From: Myxococcota bacterium
GTDB lineage: Bacteria; Myxococcota_A; Polyangia; Polyangiales; Houyiibacteriaceae
Direction: 5' to 3'
Assembly: GCA_039030515.1 (NCBI GenBank)
Contig: JBCCEA010000024.1
Location: 1 to 63,069, forward strand
Length of the DNA: 63,069 bases
Shown here: positions 30,418 through 41,595 of the stretch, one piece after another
Numbering within the stretch: the stretch's first letter is position 1
Layout of the letters: the number at the start of each line of letters is the position of its first letter
Notes under the pieces: model-generated
Databases searched by the model: none
The model's input: the letters and a program-made list of their open reading frames with translations, nothing else
Told to the model about the DNA's origin: nothing
Position numbers and translations under genes: made by a program

Positions 30418-32567
30418 CCTATCTGATCGCCTGTTTGGGAATGGCGGCACTCACTTTTAGTGCAGACATCGATCTCTACGTGCGCGTTCTGCTTTGGCTG
30501 GGTGTCCTCGTCAGCTGGTTTCTGGAGCCACCTTTTGTCGCACGCTCAGAGTGGACACGTCTGCTTACTACCGCAGTGGTTACCGGATTCTTTGTGCAGC
30601 TCTTGCGCGCATTGACTCAAGAACCCGTACTCGATATCGCGATCGAATACGCTGGTTTTCTTCAAGTCTCGAGGCTGCTGCAAAGACGGGTAGCGCGCGA
30701 CCACCAGCACGTAGTCGTCCTAGCGTTTATTCATTTGGTCGCGGCATCGGTCCTGACGGAAGGAATCGGCTACGCGATTACCTTTATCGGCTTTGTGGTC
30801 GTGACCCCTTGGATGCTCGCGCTTACCCATTTACGGGTGGAAATCGAAGCAAACTACGCCGCAAAAAAAGAATCCGCATCAGAGGTGCAGCGCGTACTCC
30901 GAAGCCGCCGAATCGCCGGACCTGCATTCCTACTGGGGACGATGTCGCTTGCGATTCCGCTTTTTCTCCTCACAGGAACGTTCTTTCTCCTTTTTCCCAG
31001 GGTAGGCACCGCAGGGATTTCTTTTGGAGCGTCGCGTGGCGCCAGCGTCACCGGATTTGGGCGGGACGTAGAACTCGGTGGATTTGGAGCGATTCGAAAC
31101 GATCCAACGGTCGTGATTCGAGTCACCCGTGCAGGCGGAGGCCCGGTTGCCGCAAAGGCGCTGCGGCTGAGAGGGACTTCATTCGATCGCTACGACGGCC
31201 GGCGCTGGACCCGAACCACCCCACCAGGCCGCCCCCTAATGGCAAACGGACGCGATTATTTTCAGCTGCATCGACCGCGAGCAGAGTCCGATCTCGCGTA
31301 TCAGATCGTCGTCGATCCCCTCGACGAACCCGTGGTGTTCCTGCCGGACGCTGCGGTTGGGTTGATGATTCCGTCGCGCGATGCTGGTGGTCGCAAGATC
31401 ACTCAGAGGCTGACGCGATCGATGGGTCTCGATGTGCGACACGGCCATCGAGGCACGATGACCTATAGCGTATGGGCCGACCCTGACGCGATCCTGGTGT
31501 ACGACGAACCTCTCGAAGAAGAGCTGCGGCAGCGATATCTCCAAATGCCCGAAAGGCACATGCGCCTGAGAGAACTGAGCGAGCGGATTACGGCAACCGC
31601 TTCGAACGACCAGGAGAAAGCGGCCCGCATTCTGACCTACCTGCGTGATTCAAAAACCTTTGCCTATACGCTAAAGCAGCCAGACACCGGAGCGTTCGAT
31701 CCGCTGGATGTCTTTTTATTCGAGGTGCGTTCGGGGCATTGTGAATACTTCTCTACCGCCATGGCGATCATGCTCCGTGCGGCGGGGATCCCTGCCCGCA
31801 ACGTAACCGGCTTTCTCGGCGGCACCCCGAATCCCTATGGGGGCTACTATTCTGTGCGTCAGAGCGATGCCCATAGTTGGGTTGAAGCCCATATCGACGG
31901 GGCATGGCAAGCCTTCGATCCCACCCCTGCCGGTCGAGAGGCATTGGGCCCCACTCCATCCGGTTGGGTAGCCGAGCTGCAGGCCGTCCTCGATGCACTC
32001 CGGGTGCGCTGGGCCGATTACGTCGTGGACTACGACCTGGAAGTTCAAATCAACGCGCTCAAGGGGATGGCCCGATGGTGGCGTTCGATGCGCCGCAGCG
32101 AGGGTGGTCGATCGATAGCCTTCGAAGCTTCCCCGGCATCAGAAGTAGAAGCCGATTCGGTGATGCCGTCGGTGTGGCCACTCTTCGGTTGGCTTGCGGC
32201 GTTGGCCATCGCGATATTCGTGCTCCGCAGCTGGTCTCGCCGGCCCACCAGTGTGGCGGAGATCACAAAGGTCTATGCGCGTTTGGAGCAAAAGCTTCGA
32301 GATCGCGGCTATCTCCGGGGCAAATCGGAGACGCCACTCGCCTTTGCGGAGCGTTTGCGGGTAGACGGCTTGATCTACGCTGAAGAAGTTCTCGCGATCA
32401 CTCGGGCCTATATGGCGGTGCGCTACGGAGGCGTATCGCTTCATCGCCGACAGCGAGCGCAGCTCTATCGTCGGATTCGTCGGCTGGGAGGCCGGAAACG
32501 GATCGAATCCCAAAATGCAGCGACGGGCGCAAACCAAGCCATCGATGCGATGCGCGAGCCGCGATGA
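30387..32567 (+). CDS. TgpA-like membrane transglutaminase (DUF3488 + TGase)
   Basis: Multiple TM segments, GHCEYF, PARNVTGF, HSWVE, DPTP. Confidence 0.9.
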   Translation: MSFALLHKLITYLIACLGMAALTFSADIDLYVRVLLWLGVLVSWFLEPPFVARSEWTRLLTTAVVTGFFVQLLRALTQEPVLDIAIEYAGFLQVSRLLQRRVARDHQHVVVLAFIHLVAASVLTEGIGYAITFIGFVVVTPWMLALTHLRVEIEANYAAKKESASEVQRVLRSRRIAGPAFLLGTMSLAIPLFLLTGTFFLLFPRVGTAGISFGASRGASVTGFGRDVELGGFGAIRNDPTVVIRVTRAGGGPVAAKALRLRGTSFDRYDGRRWTRTTPPGRPLMANGRDYFQLHRPRAESDLAYQIVVDPLDEPVVFLPDAAVGLMIPSRDAGGRKITQRLTRSMGLDVRHGHRGTMTYSVWADPDAILVYDEPLEEELRQRYLQMPERHMRLRELSERITATASNDQEKAARILTYLRDSKTFAYTLKQPDTGAFDPLDVFLFEVRSGHCEYFSTAMAIMLRAAGIPARNVTGFLGGTPNPYGGYYSVRQSDAHSWVEAHIDGAWQAFDPTPAGREALGPTPSGWVAELQAVLDALRVRWADYVVDYDLEVQINALKGMARWWRSMRRSEGGRSIAFEASPASEVEADSVMPSVWPLFGWLAALAIAIFVLRSWSRRPTSVAEITKVYARLEQKLRDRGYLRGKSETPLAFAERLRVDGLIYAEEVLAITRAYMAVRYGGVSLHRRQRAQLYRRIRRLGGRKRIESQNAATGANQAIDAMREPR

Positions 32568-35200
32568 GCGAGCAGACGAGAGCGTTTGTGGACCACGTAA
32601 AACGTCTGATCGATGGAGGTCAGTGCCAAGAGGCGGTGCGCACCTGCCGGCGCAGACTGCTGGGTGATCCGGCAGAAGTCACCACGCGCATTGTGCTTGG
32701 CCAGGCGCTGGTGGCGCTCGGGCGCTACGACGAGGCCCGCTCCGAGATGCTGGCGCTTACCCGCGATCAGGTGCGGATCGCGGAGGTGTATCAGCTGCTC
32801 GGAGAAATCTACCTGCGGACCTCCTCTACGGAACGAGCCCGGGACATGCTCCAAAAAGCGCTGGAACTGAGCTCTGGACATCCGCAGAGCGTGGCGCTCT
32901 TGGCCGAACTCGACGGCGATTCAACCGAAACGCATGCGCCCGGTGTACCTGACTCGTCCATCGAACGCCGAGAACCCGTCGACCACCGAGAACCCGTCGA
33001 CCACGCAGCCGACGCACTGCGCGATCCTTTTGATGCGCTGCCGACGTTGGCGTATGCGCCGCGCCTTGATCCGAATGCAGTGCACTCGGTCACTAGCGCA
33101 TCCGCTCGCCCGAGTTCTGAGGGCTCGCAACCGGGCGAACGGGTGGAGGCTCCACCTACGCTTGAAGCGAAGAGCTCCGGTTCGTTTCGAGCGGTGCGAT
33201 CACCGCCGGCACCTTCACTCCACAAGCCCGCGGGTTCGGCTGGAGGCACCCCCCAGCGTTCGAGTGGGCCTCAGCGTTCGAGTGGGCCTCAGCTTTCGAG
33301 TGGGCCTCAGCTTTCGAATTGGCCACGAAGGGTATGGGTCATCTTCAGCGGGATCGTGGTGGGCCTTACGATCGGCGTCGGAGTCGTGCTTGGAGTGTGG
33401 AGATGGAAGCAGGGTTTTTCTGCGCGAAACACCCGGCAAGCGGTGATCGACGCAGAGAACGACGGTTTGCGAATATCCCTAGAGCGAGCGATCACCCTTG
33501 TCGGCCTGGAGGGCGAAAACAGTCCTCACGCCATTGCGATGCTGGCGCGCCTGCACGCGATGCTGCAGATGATCCAGGGAACTGAGGGGGGCTCTCTCGG
33601 CGCGGCCCACCTGGCCCGACTCTCACCCGCCGAGTTGGGCCTGCCCGATGCGGTGGTGGCGGCTGCGCTGTTGGCGCTACACGAGGGAGACGTTGCGCGC
33701 GCCCTGCAGAATATCGAGAGACTTCCCATGCGGTCGAGCGATCGGCCGATCTATGCCGAAGTGCACCGGGTACAGGCGCTTGCTGCATTCACCGAAGGGC
33801 GTCTCGAAGAAAGCCTGCAAGCGGCGAGTTCGGCCGTGGCACGAAGACCCGACTCGCCCCGGCACAGGGCACTGATGGCACTGTGCACCGCAGCCTTGGG
33901 AGACGTTCCTGCTGCACTACAGCTCCTGGACACCGTGCCGTCCGGCGCGCCGTCTCCCGTCATCGCGGAATCCAGGGCCCGTATTCTGGCAACCTACGGC
34001 GATCGCACAGGTTTAGAACGTGCAGTGAGAGAGGCCCGACGGCTTCTCGGAGACCTCCGTTCCACGACAACCCCCTACCAGAGAGCTTGGGCGCATTGGG
34101 TCATCGCCGAGGGCGCACGTGAGGGAGGCAAGCTTCGTTCATCCCGTAGCGAGGCTCGCCGCGCCGCAGAACTCGGACCGCCCTTCGACGAACGGTTCCG
34201 ATTGGCGGTAGCGCAGACCTTGCTGGCCGCTGGAGATGCTGACTCTGCGTCAGAAGTGTTGACGCCTATGCAGACTTCGTCCGGCTCCGTTCAGCGTGCT
34301 CTTGTAGAGGCGGCGGTTGCCCTACGTCTCGGCGAAATCGAGCGCGCAGAGCGAGTGCTTGAGCGAGCCGGAACAAGCGGTGAAGCCCTCATTCTTCGGG
34401 GACGTCTCTTTGAGCTGAAAGAACAGCCGGAGGAGGCAGACGCCGCCTATGCCGCCGCAGAGACGGCCGACAACGGAGCACAGTTCGTCTCGGCTAGAAT
34501 TCGCAGGGGGGCACTCGCTCTGGCTGAGGGCAGAACGGCCCACGCAGCAACGCTGCTGCAGGAGGCCCATCGCCGGGCCAAGGAGCGTCTCGAACCGACG
34601 GTGGCCTATGCCGAGATGCGACTGGCGCTGGGAGAACTGGAGGTGGCCCGGGAGATCCTCGCCGAAGCGCAGTCGATGGGGCTTCGCTCCTGGAGGCTGG
34701 ATCTCATCGCAGCGAACATTGCCCTGCGTCAGGGTGATGCGCGGCAGGCATACGACCGGCTGAAGCGGCTGGCCGTTGAGAGAAGCCACGATGCCGAGGT
34801 GCATGCGCTCTATTACGTCGCTGCGGCACGTGTTTCCGTCGAGGAGAACGCGCTGAGGGAGATCTTCACAAGAGCGGTCACGCTCAACGATACCGGACCG
34901 CGCCGGGTCGATCTCGCGTTTGCAGCGCTGGAGCATGGGGACTTTGAGGGAGTGCACACGCTGATCTCAACGTCGGAGGGGGCCGATCGGGACGATGTCC
35001 GCTGGCAAGAGATTCGCGGGCGCTGGGCAGTGCATGCAGGCGACGGGCCGTCGGCGGTATCCGCACTCGAGAAGATTCCGGAGCGCCTACGTTCCGCAGA
35101 GGCCTGGGTGGCGCTCGGACGGGCCTATGCCCAGGTCGGTCGGGACGCGGAAGCCCATGCGGCCTACGAACAAGCCCCCGAACATCCCGAGTCGCGTTAG
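32564..35200 (+). CDS. Tetratricopeptide-repeat membrane protein
   Basis: N-terminal TPRs, Pro/Ser linker with short tandem repeats (SSGPQR/L), one TM segment, Ala/Leu-rich helical repeats. Confidence 0.75.
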   Translation: MSEQTRAFVDHVKRLIDGGQCQEAVRTCRRRLLGDPAEVTTRIVLGQALVALGRYDEARSEMLALTRDQVRIAEVYQLLGEIYLRTSSTERARDMLQKALELSSGHPQSVALLAELDGDSTETHAPGVPDSSIERREPVDHREPVDHAADALRDPFDALPTLAYAPRLDPNAVHSVTSASARPSSEGSQPGERVEAPPTLEAKSSGSFRAVRSPPAPSLHKPAGSAGGTPQRSSGPQRSSGPQLSSGPQLSNWPRRVWVIFSGIVVGLTIGVGVVLGVWRWKQGFSARNTRQAVIDAENDGLRISLERAITLVGLEGENSPHAIAMLARLHAMLQMIQGTEGGSLGAAHLARLSPAELGLPDAVVAAALLALHEGDVARALQNIERLPMRSSDRPIYAEVHRVQALAAFTEGRLEESLQAASSAVARRPDSPRHRALMALCTAALGDVPAALQLLDTVPSGAPSPVIAESRARILATYGDRTGLERAVREARRLLGDLRSTTTPYQRAWAHWVIAEGAREGGKLRSSRSEARRAAELGPPFDERFRLAVAQTLLAAGDADSASEVLTPMQTSSGSVQRALVEAAVALRLGEIERAERVLERAGTSGEALILRGRLFELKEQPEEADAAYAAAETADNGAQFVSARIRRGALALAEGRTAHAATLLQEAHRRAKERLEPTVAYAEMRLALGELEVAREILAEAQSMGLRSWRLDLIAANIALRQGDARQAYDRLKRLAVERSHDAEVHALYYVAAARVSVEENALREIFTRAVTLNDTGPRRVDLAFAALEHGDFEGVHTLISTSEGADRDDVRWQEIRGRWAVHAGDGPSAVSALEKIPERLRSAEAWVALGRAYAQVGRDAEAHAAYEQAPEHPESR

Positions 35201-35336
35201 CGGAAGCAAGCGCCGCTGCTCGACGAGCGATGCGCTGAGGCACGTCTGCTGCTCATCGAAATCGCCACCCGGGAGGAGTCTTTCTAAACCCGAGCCCTCT
35301 GCGTGCCCGTGCTGTCACGAGCGCTGCTGCACTAAG

Positions 35337-35428
35337 CAATGCTGCAACAAACAATGCTGCAACAAACAATGCTGCACGTTCAATGCTGCAACAAACAATG
35401 CTGCAACAAACAATGCTGCACGTTCAAT
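35337..35428. repeat. Higher-order tandem repeat: 15/15/14-bp units forming a 44-bp unit x2
   Basis: (caatgctgcaacaaa)2 caatgctgcacgtt, twice, abutting the kinase stop codon. Confidence 0.9.
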
Positions 35429-36881
35429 TTCCGATGAAGTACACCGCGGCAGCGAGGGCGCCAAGCACCACAACAGCGACGGCCAACCATTTGCTGAGTC
35501 CATCGCCAGCAACGTCGCCACCAGGCTGAGGCGGTTCTAAGTCTGTAGGTGCAACGGCAGCAGACGCTTTTGAATCGAATCCCGCTGCCTGTGCCGGTTC
35601 GCGATCTACAAGAGAACGGGTCGGGGGTACCGAGGTCTCTAGAGATCTGGCGAGATCTTCGGACGGCAGGCTCGGGATCGGAGCAGGGATTTCGACGCCG
35701 GATTCGCGCCACCCCCCGCCCCCGTTAGGCTGGATGGATATGGGCAAGTCTCCCCCACTACCCTGCAGATCGACATCGCCGCTAAACCACTCGGCGGGGT
35801 TTTCGAACAAACCGGCATCCAGAGGTTGGGCGCCTTCGATAGATTCGCTACCCAGCGTTTGAATCTCGGGGCCCAGTTCATCATCCACCGCATCTAGCGA
35901 GGTGAATCGGAGCAGCTCTTCCTGAATGAGCCGGTCGATGATCGACTGGTCGTTTCCGAGCGCAAGCGCTTCCTCGCCGACGTTTTCTTTCACCAGATTG
36001 GCGATGTCGTACGAGGTCACTTTTTTCTGATGACTGAAGAGGTAGTCGGCAAGCGCATCGCCAAATTCACGGGCGCTTTGGTATCGATGATCTGGCCGCT
36101 GGGCGAGGCTCTTGGAGAGCACCTCTTCAAAGGTCGCATCGACTTCCGGATTGAGCTTCTGAATACTGGGAACGTTGGCCTGCTGAACGAGTTTTACGGT
36201 CTGGTAGTCCGTTTCTCCCAAGAAGAGACGCCGGCCGGCAAGCATCTCCCAAAGGACGATCCCCATCGCGAAAATATCCGCTCTTGCGTCTACCTCTTTA
36301 CCCAAAGCCGCTTCGGGCGAGAGGTAGCTAAACTTTCCCTTCACCACGCCCGGATCGGTGCGTTCAAGCTGCGTCGTGGCCTTGGCTAGGCCAAAATCGG
36401 TGACCTTCACCTCGCCACGCTTGCTGAGCAAGATATTCGGAGGTGATACGTCGCGATGAACCAGATTGAGCGCGATCCCGTCGTCATCGGCGAGTTCGTG
36501 CGCGTAGCTCAGACCTCGGCAGGCTTCCATACAGATGTAGACCGCCTGCTTCATCGGGAAGTGCCGACCCTTTTTGCGAATCGACTCCATCAGACTCTTG
36601 AGATTGGAGCCTTCGACATACTCCATCACGATGAAGTACGTATTGTCTGCCGATCCGATATCGAACACGCTGACGATGTTTGCGTGGTTGAGCCGCGCAC
36701 CGAGACGTGCCTCGTCGAGAAACATGCCGATGAAGTTCTTGTTTTGTGCGAGGTGGGGCAGCACGCGTTTGATCGCGCATCGCTTCTTGAAGCCTTGGAC
36801 GCTTACGGCTTCGCCGACAAACACCTCTGCCATGCCGCCAGCTTCCAACCGCTCAATGACTCGGTATCGTTCTTCGGACAT
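35424..36881 (-). CDS. Ser/Thr protein kinase with C-terminal TM anchor
   Basis: AGGMAEV, HRDVSPPN, DFGLAK, KGKFSYLSPE; terminal hydrophobic helix. Confidence 0.93.
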   Translation of the reverse strand: MSEERYRVIERLEAGGMAEVFVGEAVSVQGFKKRCAIKRVLPHLAQNKNFIGMFLDEARLGARLNHANIVSVFDIGSADNTYFIVMEYVEGSNLKSLMESIRKKGRHFPMKQAVYICMEACRGLSYAHELADDDGIALNLVHRDVSPPNILLSKRGEVKVTDFGLAKATTQLERTDPGVVKGKFSYLSPEAALGKEVDARADIFAMGIVLWEMLAGRRLFLGETDYQTVKLVQQANVPSIQKLNPEVDATFEEVLSKSLAQRPDHRYQSAREFGDALADYLFSHQKKVTSYDIANLVKENVGEEALALGNDQSIIDRLIQEELLRFTSLDAVDDELGPEIQTLGSESIEGAQPLDAGLFENPAEWFSGDVDLQGSGGDLPISIQPNGGGGWRESGVEIPAPIPSLPSEDLARSLETSVPPTRSLVDREPAQAAGFDSKASAAVAPTDLEPPQPGGDVAGDGLSKWLAVAVVVLGALAAAVYFIGN

Positions 36882-37196
36882 CGTTCCGAACGGACCTCAC
36901 GACACCACGGTAGCGGTATCTAGCTGAAGATTGTCGGTTGTGGTGGGTCTCTCCGTCAAGCAGACGACACCAGGACCAGAGACCCCATAGAACTCCGGTG
37001 CGGAGTATTGGGTCGGTATTCGTTTCAGTGCAAGCTCTGTCATGACAACTTCTGACCGCTTCTGAATCACTTCCCGCAAGATGCCCTCGAACTCGCCATG
37101 TTGGAGTGCCGATGGTGGCGGCGAACCGGGCTGAAGATCGCTTCAGGCGCGTTCGCCGGTTGACAGATGGGGGGTCGCAGCGCTTGACTTCGCGAG

Positions 37197-37862
37197 ATGT
37201 CTGAAGGCCCGTCCGATATTCGCATCGCCCCGTCTATTCTCGCCGCGGACTTCGGTCGCTTGCAAGACGAGGTACAGGCCGTGGACCGTGCGGGAGCAGA
37301 TTGGATCCATGTCGATGTGATGGATGGTCGTTTTGTACCGAACATTACTATGGGTCCACCAGTGGTCCGAGCTCTGCGGCGTGCCACACAAAAACCGCTG
37401 GACGTGCATTTAATGATCGTCGAGCCGGAACGCTATCTCGAATCCTTTGCATCCGCTGGTGCCGACATCCTGACAGTTCACTGTGAGGCGTGCATACACC
37501 TCAACCGTGTCGTCCAGCAAATTCGGGATCTTGGCAAGAAAGTGGGTGTCGCATTGAACCCCCACACTCCGGAAACAGCGATCGAATACATCCTTGGGGA
37601 TGTGGATCTCGTCCTGGTCATGAGCGTCAATCCGGGCTTTGGTGGACAGTCTTTCCTAAGCGGTGTAGTCCCGAAAATCCGCGCGATTCGCAACATGATC
37701 GGAGATCGTCACATCGAACTGCAGGTGGATGGCGGAATTCATTCCGGTACGGCAGGATCGGTTAAGGACGCCGGGGCTTCGGTGCTGGTAGCGGGCAGCG
37801 CCATCTTCTCGGCGGAACACTACCCCAGTGCGATCGAGGCGCTTAGGGGAGGTGCCCGATGA
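37197..37862 (+). CDS. rpe: Ribulose-phosphate 3-epimerase
   Basis: [32 protein letters not shown]. Confidence 0.96.
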   Translation: MSEGPSDIRIAPSILAADFGRLQDEVQAVDRAGADWIHVDVMDGRFVPNITMGPPVVRALRRATQKPLDVHLMIVEPERYLESFASAGADILTVHCEACIHLNRVVQQIRDLGKKVGVALNPHTPETAIEYILGDVDLVLVMSVNPGFGGQSFLSGVVPKIRAIRNMIGDRHIELQVDGGIHSGTAGSVKDAGASVLVAGSAIFSAEHYPSAIEALRGGAR

Positions 37863-39235
37863 GCCATGATCCAGCTCTGACCACCGTATTCGTCGACGAA
37901 AAAGCCGCCAAACGAAGGCTCAAGCGAAGTCGACTGATGGTGACCGAGGGTCCGGACAAAGGGATGGAACTGCTCGTGGAGCAGGAGCGGGTGACGATCG
38001 GTCGGAGCGTGATCTGCGACTTGGTCCTCAAAGACAAGGCGATCAGCGGCACTCATTTCGAAATCGTCCTGGGTGAGCGGGGCGCTCTCTTGCGGGATTT
38101 GGGCTCGACCAACGGAACCTACGTCGGCGACCTTCGCATCCAAGAGGTATGGATCCGATCGGGAACCGTGATTCGCGTGGGACAATCGCAAATGCGTTAC
38201 GAGCCCGCCGAGGGAATCGTGGAGATCGACCTGAGCAGCGAGGAGCGATTCCACGGGCTTATCGGAGCGAGCGTTCGCATGCGGGAGATCTTTGCAGCCC
38301 TACAAAAGGTGGCGCCAACCGATCTCACCATTTTGATTCGAGGGGAGACCGGCACCGGGAAAGAGCTGGTCGCGAGCGCGATTCACGCGGCTTCCCGGCG
38401 AGCGACGCAGCCCTTGGTCGTTCAGGACTGCTCGGCGATTCCGACCAATTTGATCGAAAGCACGCTATTCGGTCACGAGCGGGGGGCGTTTACCGGGGCT
38501 ACCGAACGTCGTCGAGGGTCATTTGAGCAGGCCGACGGGGGCACGATCTTCCTCGACGAGCTTGGCGAGCTCGACATCACCCTTCAGCCCAAACTGCTCC
38601 GAGTACTAGAAAACCGGGAGATCAAACGGGTTGGCGGAGACAAAGTTTTGCCGGTCGATGTGAGGGTGATCGCCGCAACGAACCGAGATCTCAGGCAGAT
38701 GGTGAATGAGGGCACCTTTCGAGAAGACCTCTACTACCGCTTGAGCGTCGTCCAGGTCGAACTGCCCCCGCTCCGAGACCGTCCGGTCGATCTGCCGTTG
38801 CTGGTCAGTTCATTTCTCGATCATTTTTCGGAGCGCTGGTTCGGAGACGAAGGCCGGAAGTTTCGCGTCAAACCAGAGGCCATGGCTCGGCTTCAGGCGC
38901 ACCCCTGGCCCGGCAACGTGCGCGAACTAAAAAACACCGTAGAGCGCGCCGCTTCACTCGCAGATGATGAGCTGCTGGACATCGTGGACTTTCTGCCTGG
39001 CGCTACCCAGCGCATCCTCGCGGCCCCTCTGCCCGGGGGCAACGCAGAGCAATTTGTAGAGCAGGCCCTGCCGTTCAAAGAGGCCAAACAGCGGGTACTC
39101 GACGCCTTTGAACCGGCATACCTCAAGGCGCTCTTAGAAAAATACGAACATAACGTCACCCGAAGCGCGCAGGCCGCAGGACTCACCCGCTATCATTTGC
39201 GGGAGCTGGCTAAGCGGTACGGCATCCGCGACTGA
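37859..39235 (+). CDS. FHA-domain sigma54-dependent enhancer-binding protein
   Basis: FHA (IGRS, STNGT), [23 protein letters not shown]-terminal Fis-type HTH. Confidence 0.93.
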   Translation: MSHDPALTTVFVDEKAAKRRLKRSRLMVTEGPDKGMELLVEQERVTIGRSVICDLVLKDKAISGTHFEIVLGERGALLRDLGSTNGTYVGDLRIQEVWIRSGTVIRVGQSQMRYEPAEGIVEIDLSSEERFHGLIGASVRMREIFAALQKVAPTDLTILIRGETGTGKELVASAIHAASRRATQPLVVQDCSAIPTNLIESTLFGHERGAFTGATERRRGSFEQADGGTIFLDELGELDITLQPKLLRVLENREIKRVGGDKVLPVDVRVIAATNRDLRQMVNEGTFREDLYYRLSVVQVELPPLRDRPVDLPLLVSSFLDHFSERWFGDEGRKFRVKPEAMARLQAHPWPGNVRELKNTVERAASLADDELLDIVDFLPGATQRILAAPLPGGNAEQFVEQALPFKEAKQRVLDAFEPAYLKALLEKYEHNVTRSAQAAGLTRYHLRELAKRYGIRD

Positions 39236-39239
39236 GCCA

Positions 39240-39951
39240 GGGGGGCCTATGTCGGCCCAAACAGCGGCTTTCCTCCCATGCTCGTCGCTCAACGTACCAA
39301 AAGTACGCTCGTCCTCCTCGGCCCAGCGCGTCTCGATGGGTTTGAACGCCTAGCGCCCCGCACGCGCAGATGTGAAGGAGTATTAACGATACTTCGAACG
39401 TCGAGCTTGGGAGTAAAGCGGGCGTTCAGGCCTAGCGAGGCGTGCTGGGGGGCGCTGGCTGTTTGAACCAACTAGGCCCGCTGGGGATGTGGTTGTCGAG
39501 TCGGCCCAAACAGCTGCTGACCGAAGATGCTCGTCGCTCAACGTACTTAAAGTACGCTCCTCCTCCTCGGCCCAGCGCGTCTCGATGGGTCTTAACGGCC
39601 AGCGCCCACGAAGCGCAGGAGCGAAGGAGTAGTTCCGCTACTTCGAGTTCCGAGCATGGGAGGAAGCGGGCGTTCAGGCCTAGCGAGGCGTGCTGGGGGG
39701 CGCTCGCTGTTTGAACCAACCTATGCCCCCCTGGAGGATGGTCGCTGAGTCGGCACAAACAGCTCCTTGCCTCCCATGCTCGTCGCTCAACGTACCAAAA
39801 GTACCCTCCTCCTCCTCGGCCCAGCGCGTCTCGATGGGTCTTAACGGCCAGCGCCCCGCACGCGCAGGAACGAAGGAGTAGTTTCGCTACTTCGAGTTCC
39901 GAGCATGGGAGGAAAGCGGGCGTTCAGGCCTAGCGAGGCGTGCTGGGGGGT
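39240..39951. repeat. Modular intergenic repeat family A, locus 4 (three tandem units)
   Basis: Three units of about 230-250 bp, each ending ggcgttcaggcctagcgaggcgtgctggggg, between convergent genes. Confidence 0.92.
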
Positions 39952-39960
39952 GGTCGCTAT

Positions 39961-41409
39961 TTAGGTTGAGGGCCCCAGCACCGCGATCGTTTCTACGTGC
40001 TCTGAGTGGGGGAAGAGATCTACCGGCTGGACGCGCTTGATATGGTAGCCGCGCTCCTTGAGGCGCCGGAGATCGATCGCCAGGCTGTTTGGGCTACACG
40101 ACACATACACGATGGTCTCGGGACCGAGGCTGCAGGCTGCACTCAGCGCATCTGCAGCGCATCCTCTGCGCGGAGGATTCAGCACGATCGCATCCGGTCG
40201 CGTTCCCTCACGGTGGAGTTGACGCAAGCCGAGCGCGACATCGCTGCACAAAAAACGTGCACGTTCGGCAAGACCGTTGCGTTCCGCATTCTTTTGGGCG
40301 TCGTGGACGGCGGCCGCAACGCTTTCAATACCGATCACGGTCGCCCCGGCGTAAGCAGCCGCCAAGCTTATCGTCCCTACCCCGCAATAGGCATCGACCA
40401 CGGTTCCGTTTCCCAGAGCCTCCGCCACCAGAGCGTGCAGCGCAGCAGCAGAGGCTCGGTTCACTTGAAAAAAAGAACGAGGGGAGACTTCGAATTGGAG
40501 ATCTCCGAGCTGTTCGACGATCGGCCTTGCGTCTCCGACTGCCTGCAGTGGACCGCCGAAAAGCGCATCGCCCTCACCGCTCACCCCGACCCAGAGGCCC
40601 TGCAATTTTGGATAGCGCTGCTTGACCTGGTCCAAGAACTCTCCGTCAACTCCCGGCACCCCGGTCGGACCGAGCAGCACCGCCATGGTCTCCTCACGAT
40701 GGTTGCTCCGAACGATCACGTAGCGCGCGCCCTCTTCCACAAGCGGCTCTGCGCGCATTCCTCTTGCATCGCGCGCGAGGTCCTCTGCGCCTTCAACGTG
40801 TTGGGGACTGCCGCATCCGGGATCCTGCGCTACCGCCAACTCCGGATCGGCCGCAGGCACACCGGATGCATTAAGGACTTGCTGGATCGCCATCTTGGTT
40901 CGGCTGACCGCGTCTTCCTCCAAAGGGCAGCACCCCATGCTCTGAACGACGTGCGAGCCTCGCCTGTAGGCTCCGAGGAGGATCTCGCCCTCGTGCATCG
41001 CGATCACGTAGGTCGCCTTGGCTCTCCAACCGAGGGGTTCAGAAGGAGCCAAGGTCGGTCGCACCTGCGTGCGCAGATCTCGCTCGAAGAGGGCGTGCGC
41101 GACTTTTCGTCGCTTGAACTCCAGCTGTGCGCCAGCCTCAAGATGCATCAGGCGGCAAGGACTTGCGGGCGTCCACCTAGTGCATTCTGGAGCCACTCGA
41201 TACTCGGAATCCTCGTCGCGACGAAGCATGCGGCCATAGGCTCGATGCGTTCCCACGTACGAGAGCAATACCTCTCCAGTTTCACTGACGAGGCCGTCTT
41301 CTACATGCACGGGGGTCTCGTCCAGCCACGCTTCTCCGACTCCCTGAGCGTCGATGCGTTCCACGCGAAGCCGCACCCGATCTCCGGTGCGATGAACCAT
41401 GCCGTCCAC
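39961..41409 (-). CDS. rlmD: 23S rRNA m5U1939 methyltransferase (RlmD/TrmA family)
   Basis: TRAM-like N-terminus, SFFQVN, DAYCGVGTI, NPPRRG, YVSC, DLFPHSEHVE. Confidence 0.85.
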   Translation of the reverse strand: MDGMVHRTGDRVRLRVERIDAQGVGEAWLDETPVHVEDGLVSETGEVLLSYVGTHRAYGRMLRRDEDSEYRVAPECTRWTPASPCRLMHLEAGAQLEFKRRKVAHALFERDLRTQVRPTLAPSEPLGWRAKATYVIAMHEGEILLGAYRRGSHVVQSMGCCPLEEDAVSRTKMAIQQVLNASGVPAADPELAVAQDPGCGSPQHVEGAEDLARDARGMRAEPLVEEGARYVIVRSNHREETMAVLLGPTGVPGVDGEFLDQVKQRYPKLQGLWVGVSGEGDALFGGPLQAVGDARPIVEQLGDLQFEVSPRSFFQVNRASAAALHALVAEALGNGTVVDAYCGVGTISLAAAYAGATVIGIESVAAAVHDAQKNAERNGLAERARFLCSDVALGLRQLHREGTRPDAIVLNPPRRGCAADALSAACSLGPETIVYVSCSPNSLAIDLRRLKERGYHIKRVQPVDLFPHSEHVETIAVLGPST

Positions 41410-41595
41410 GAGCTACAGTGTACGCATTGGACCGCAGGAAGCATCCTCTAGGTACAGGAAGCACAACCCTCGATCGTGTGAACGGGCGAATCACGACGCC
41501 ACCGGCGCGTAGACCTCCGTGCATACTTCACGAAAGCACGGTACTTACTGCAGAGAGCGCCAAGCGTGTTCCCCTAGCTCGATAGCCCAAAAGAG

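Noticed and set aside
35170..35240. Possible frameshifted continuation of the TPR gene (ALAEASAAARRAMR in another frame)
   Set aside because: Too short and lacks independent support
39240..39951. Short ORFs in repeat family A (also at 45-338, 9334-9653, 19585-19978) and a CRISPR interpretation
   Set aside because: The ORFs are translations of the same non-coding repeat in varying frames and strands; units are long and modular without unique spacers
40006..41451. 481-aa plus-strand ORF
   Set aside because: Antisense shadow of rlmD in GC-rich DNA with no motifs; the same applies to 46201-47142, 30494-31468 and similar overlapping ORFs
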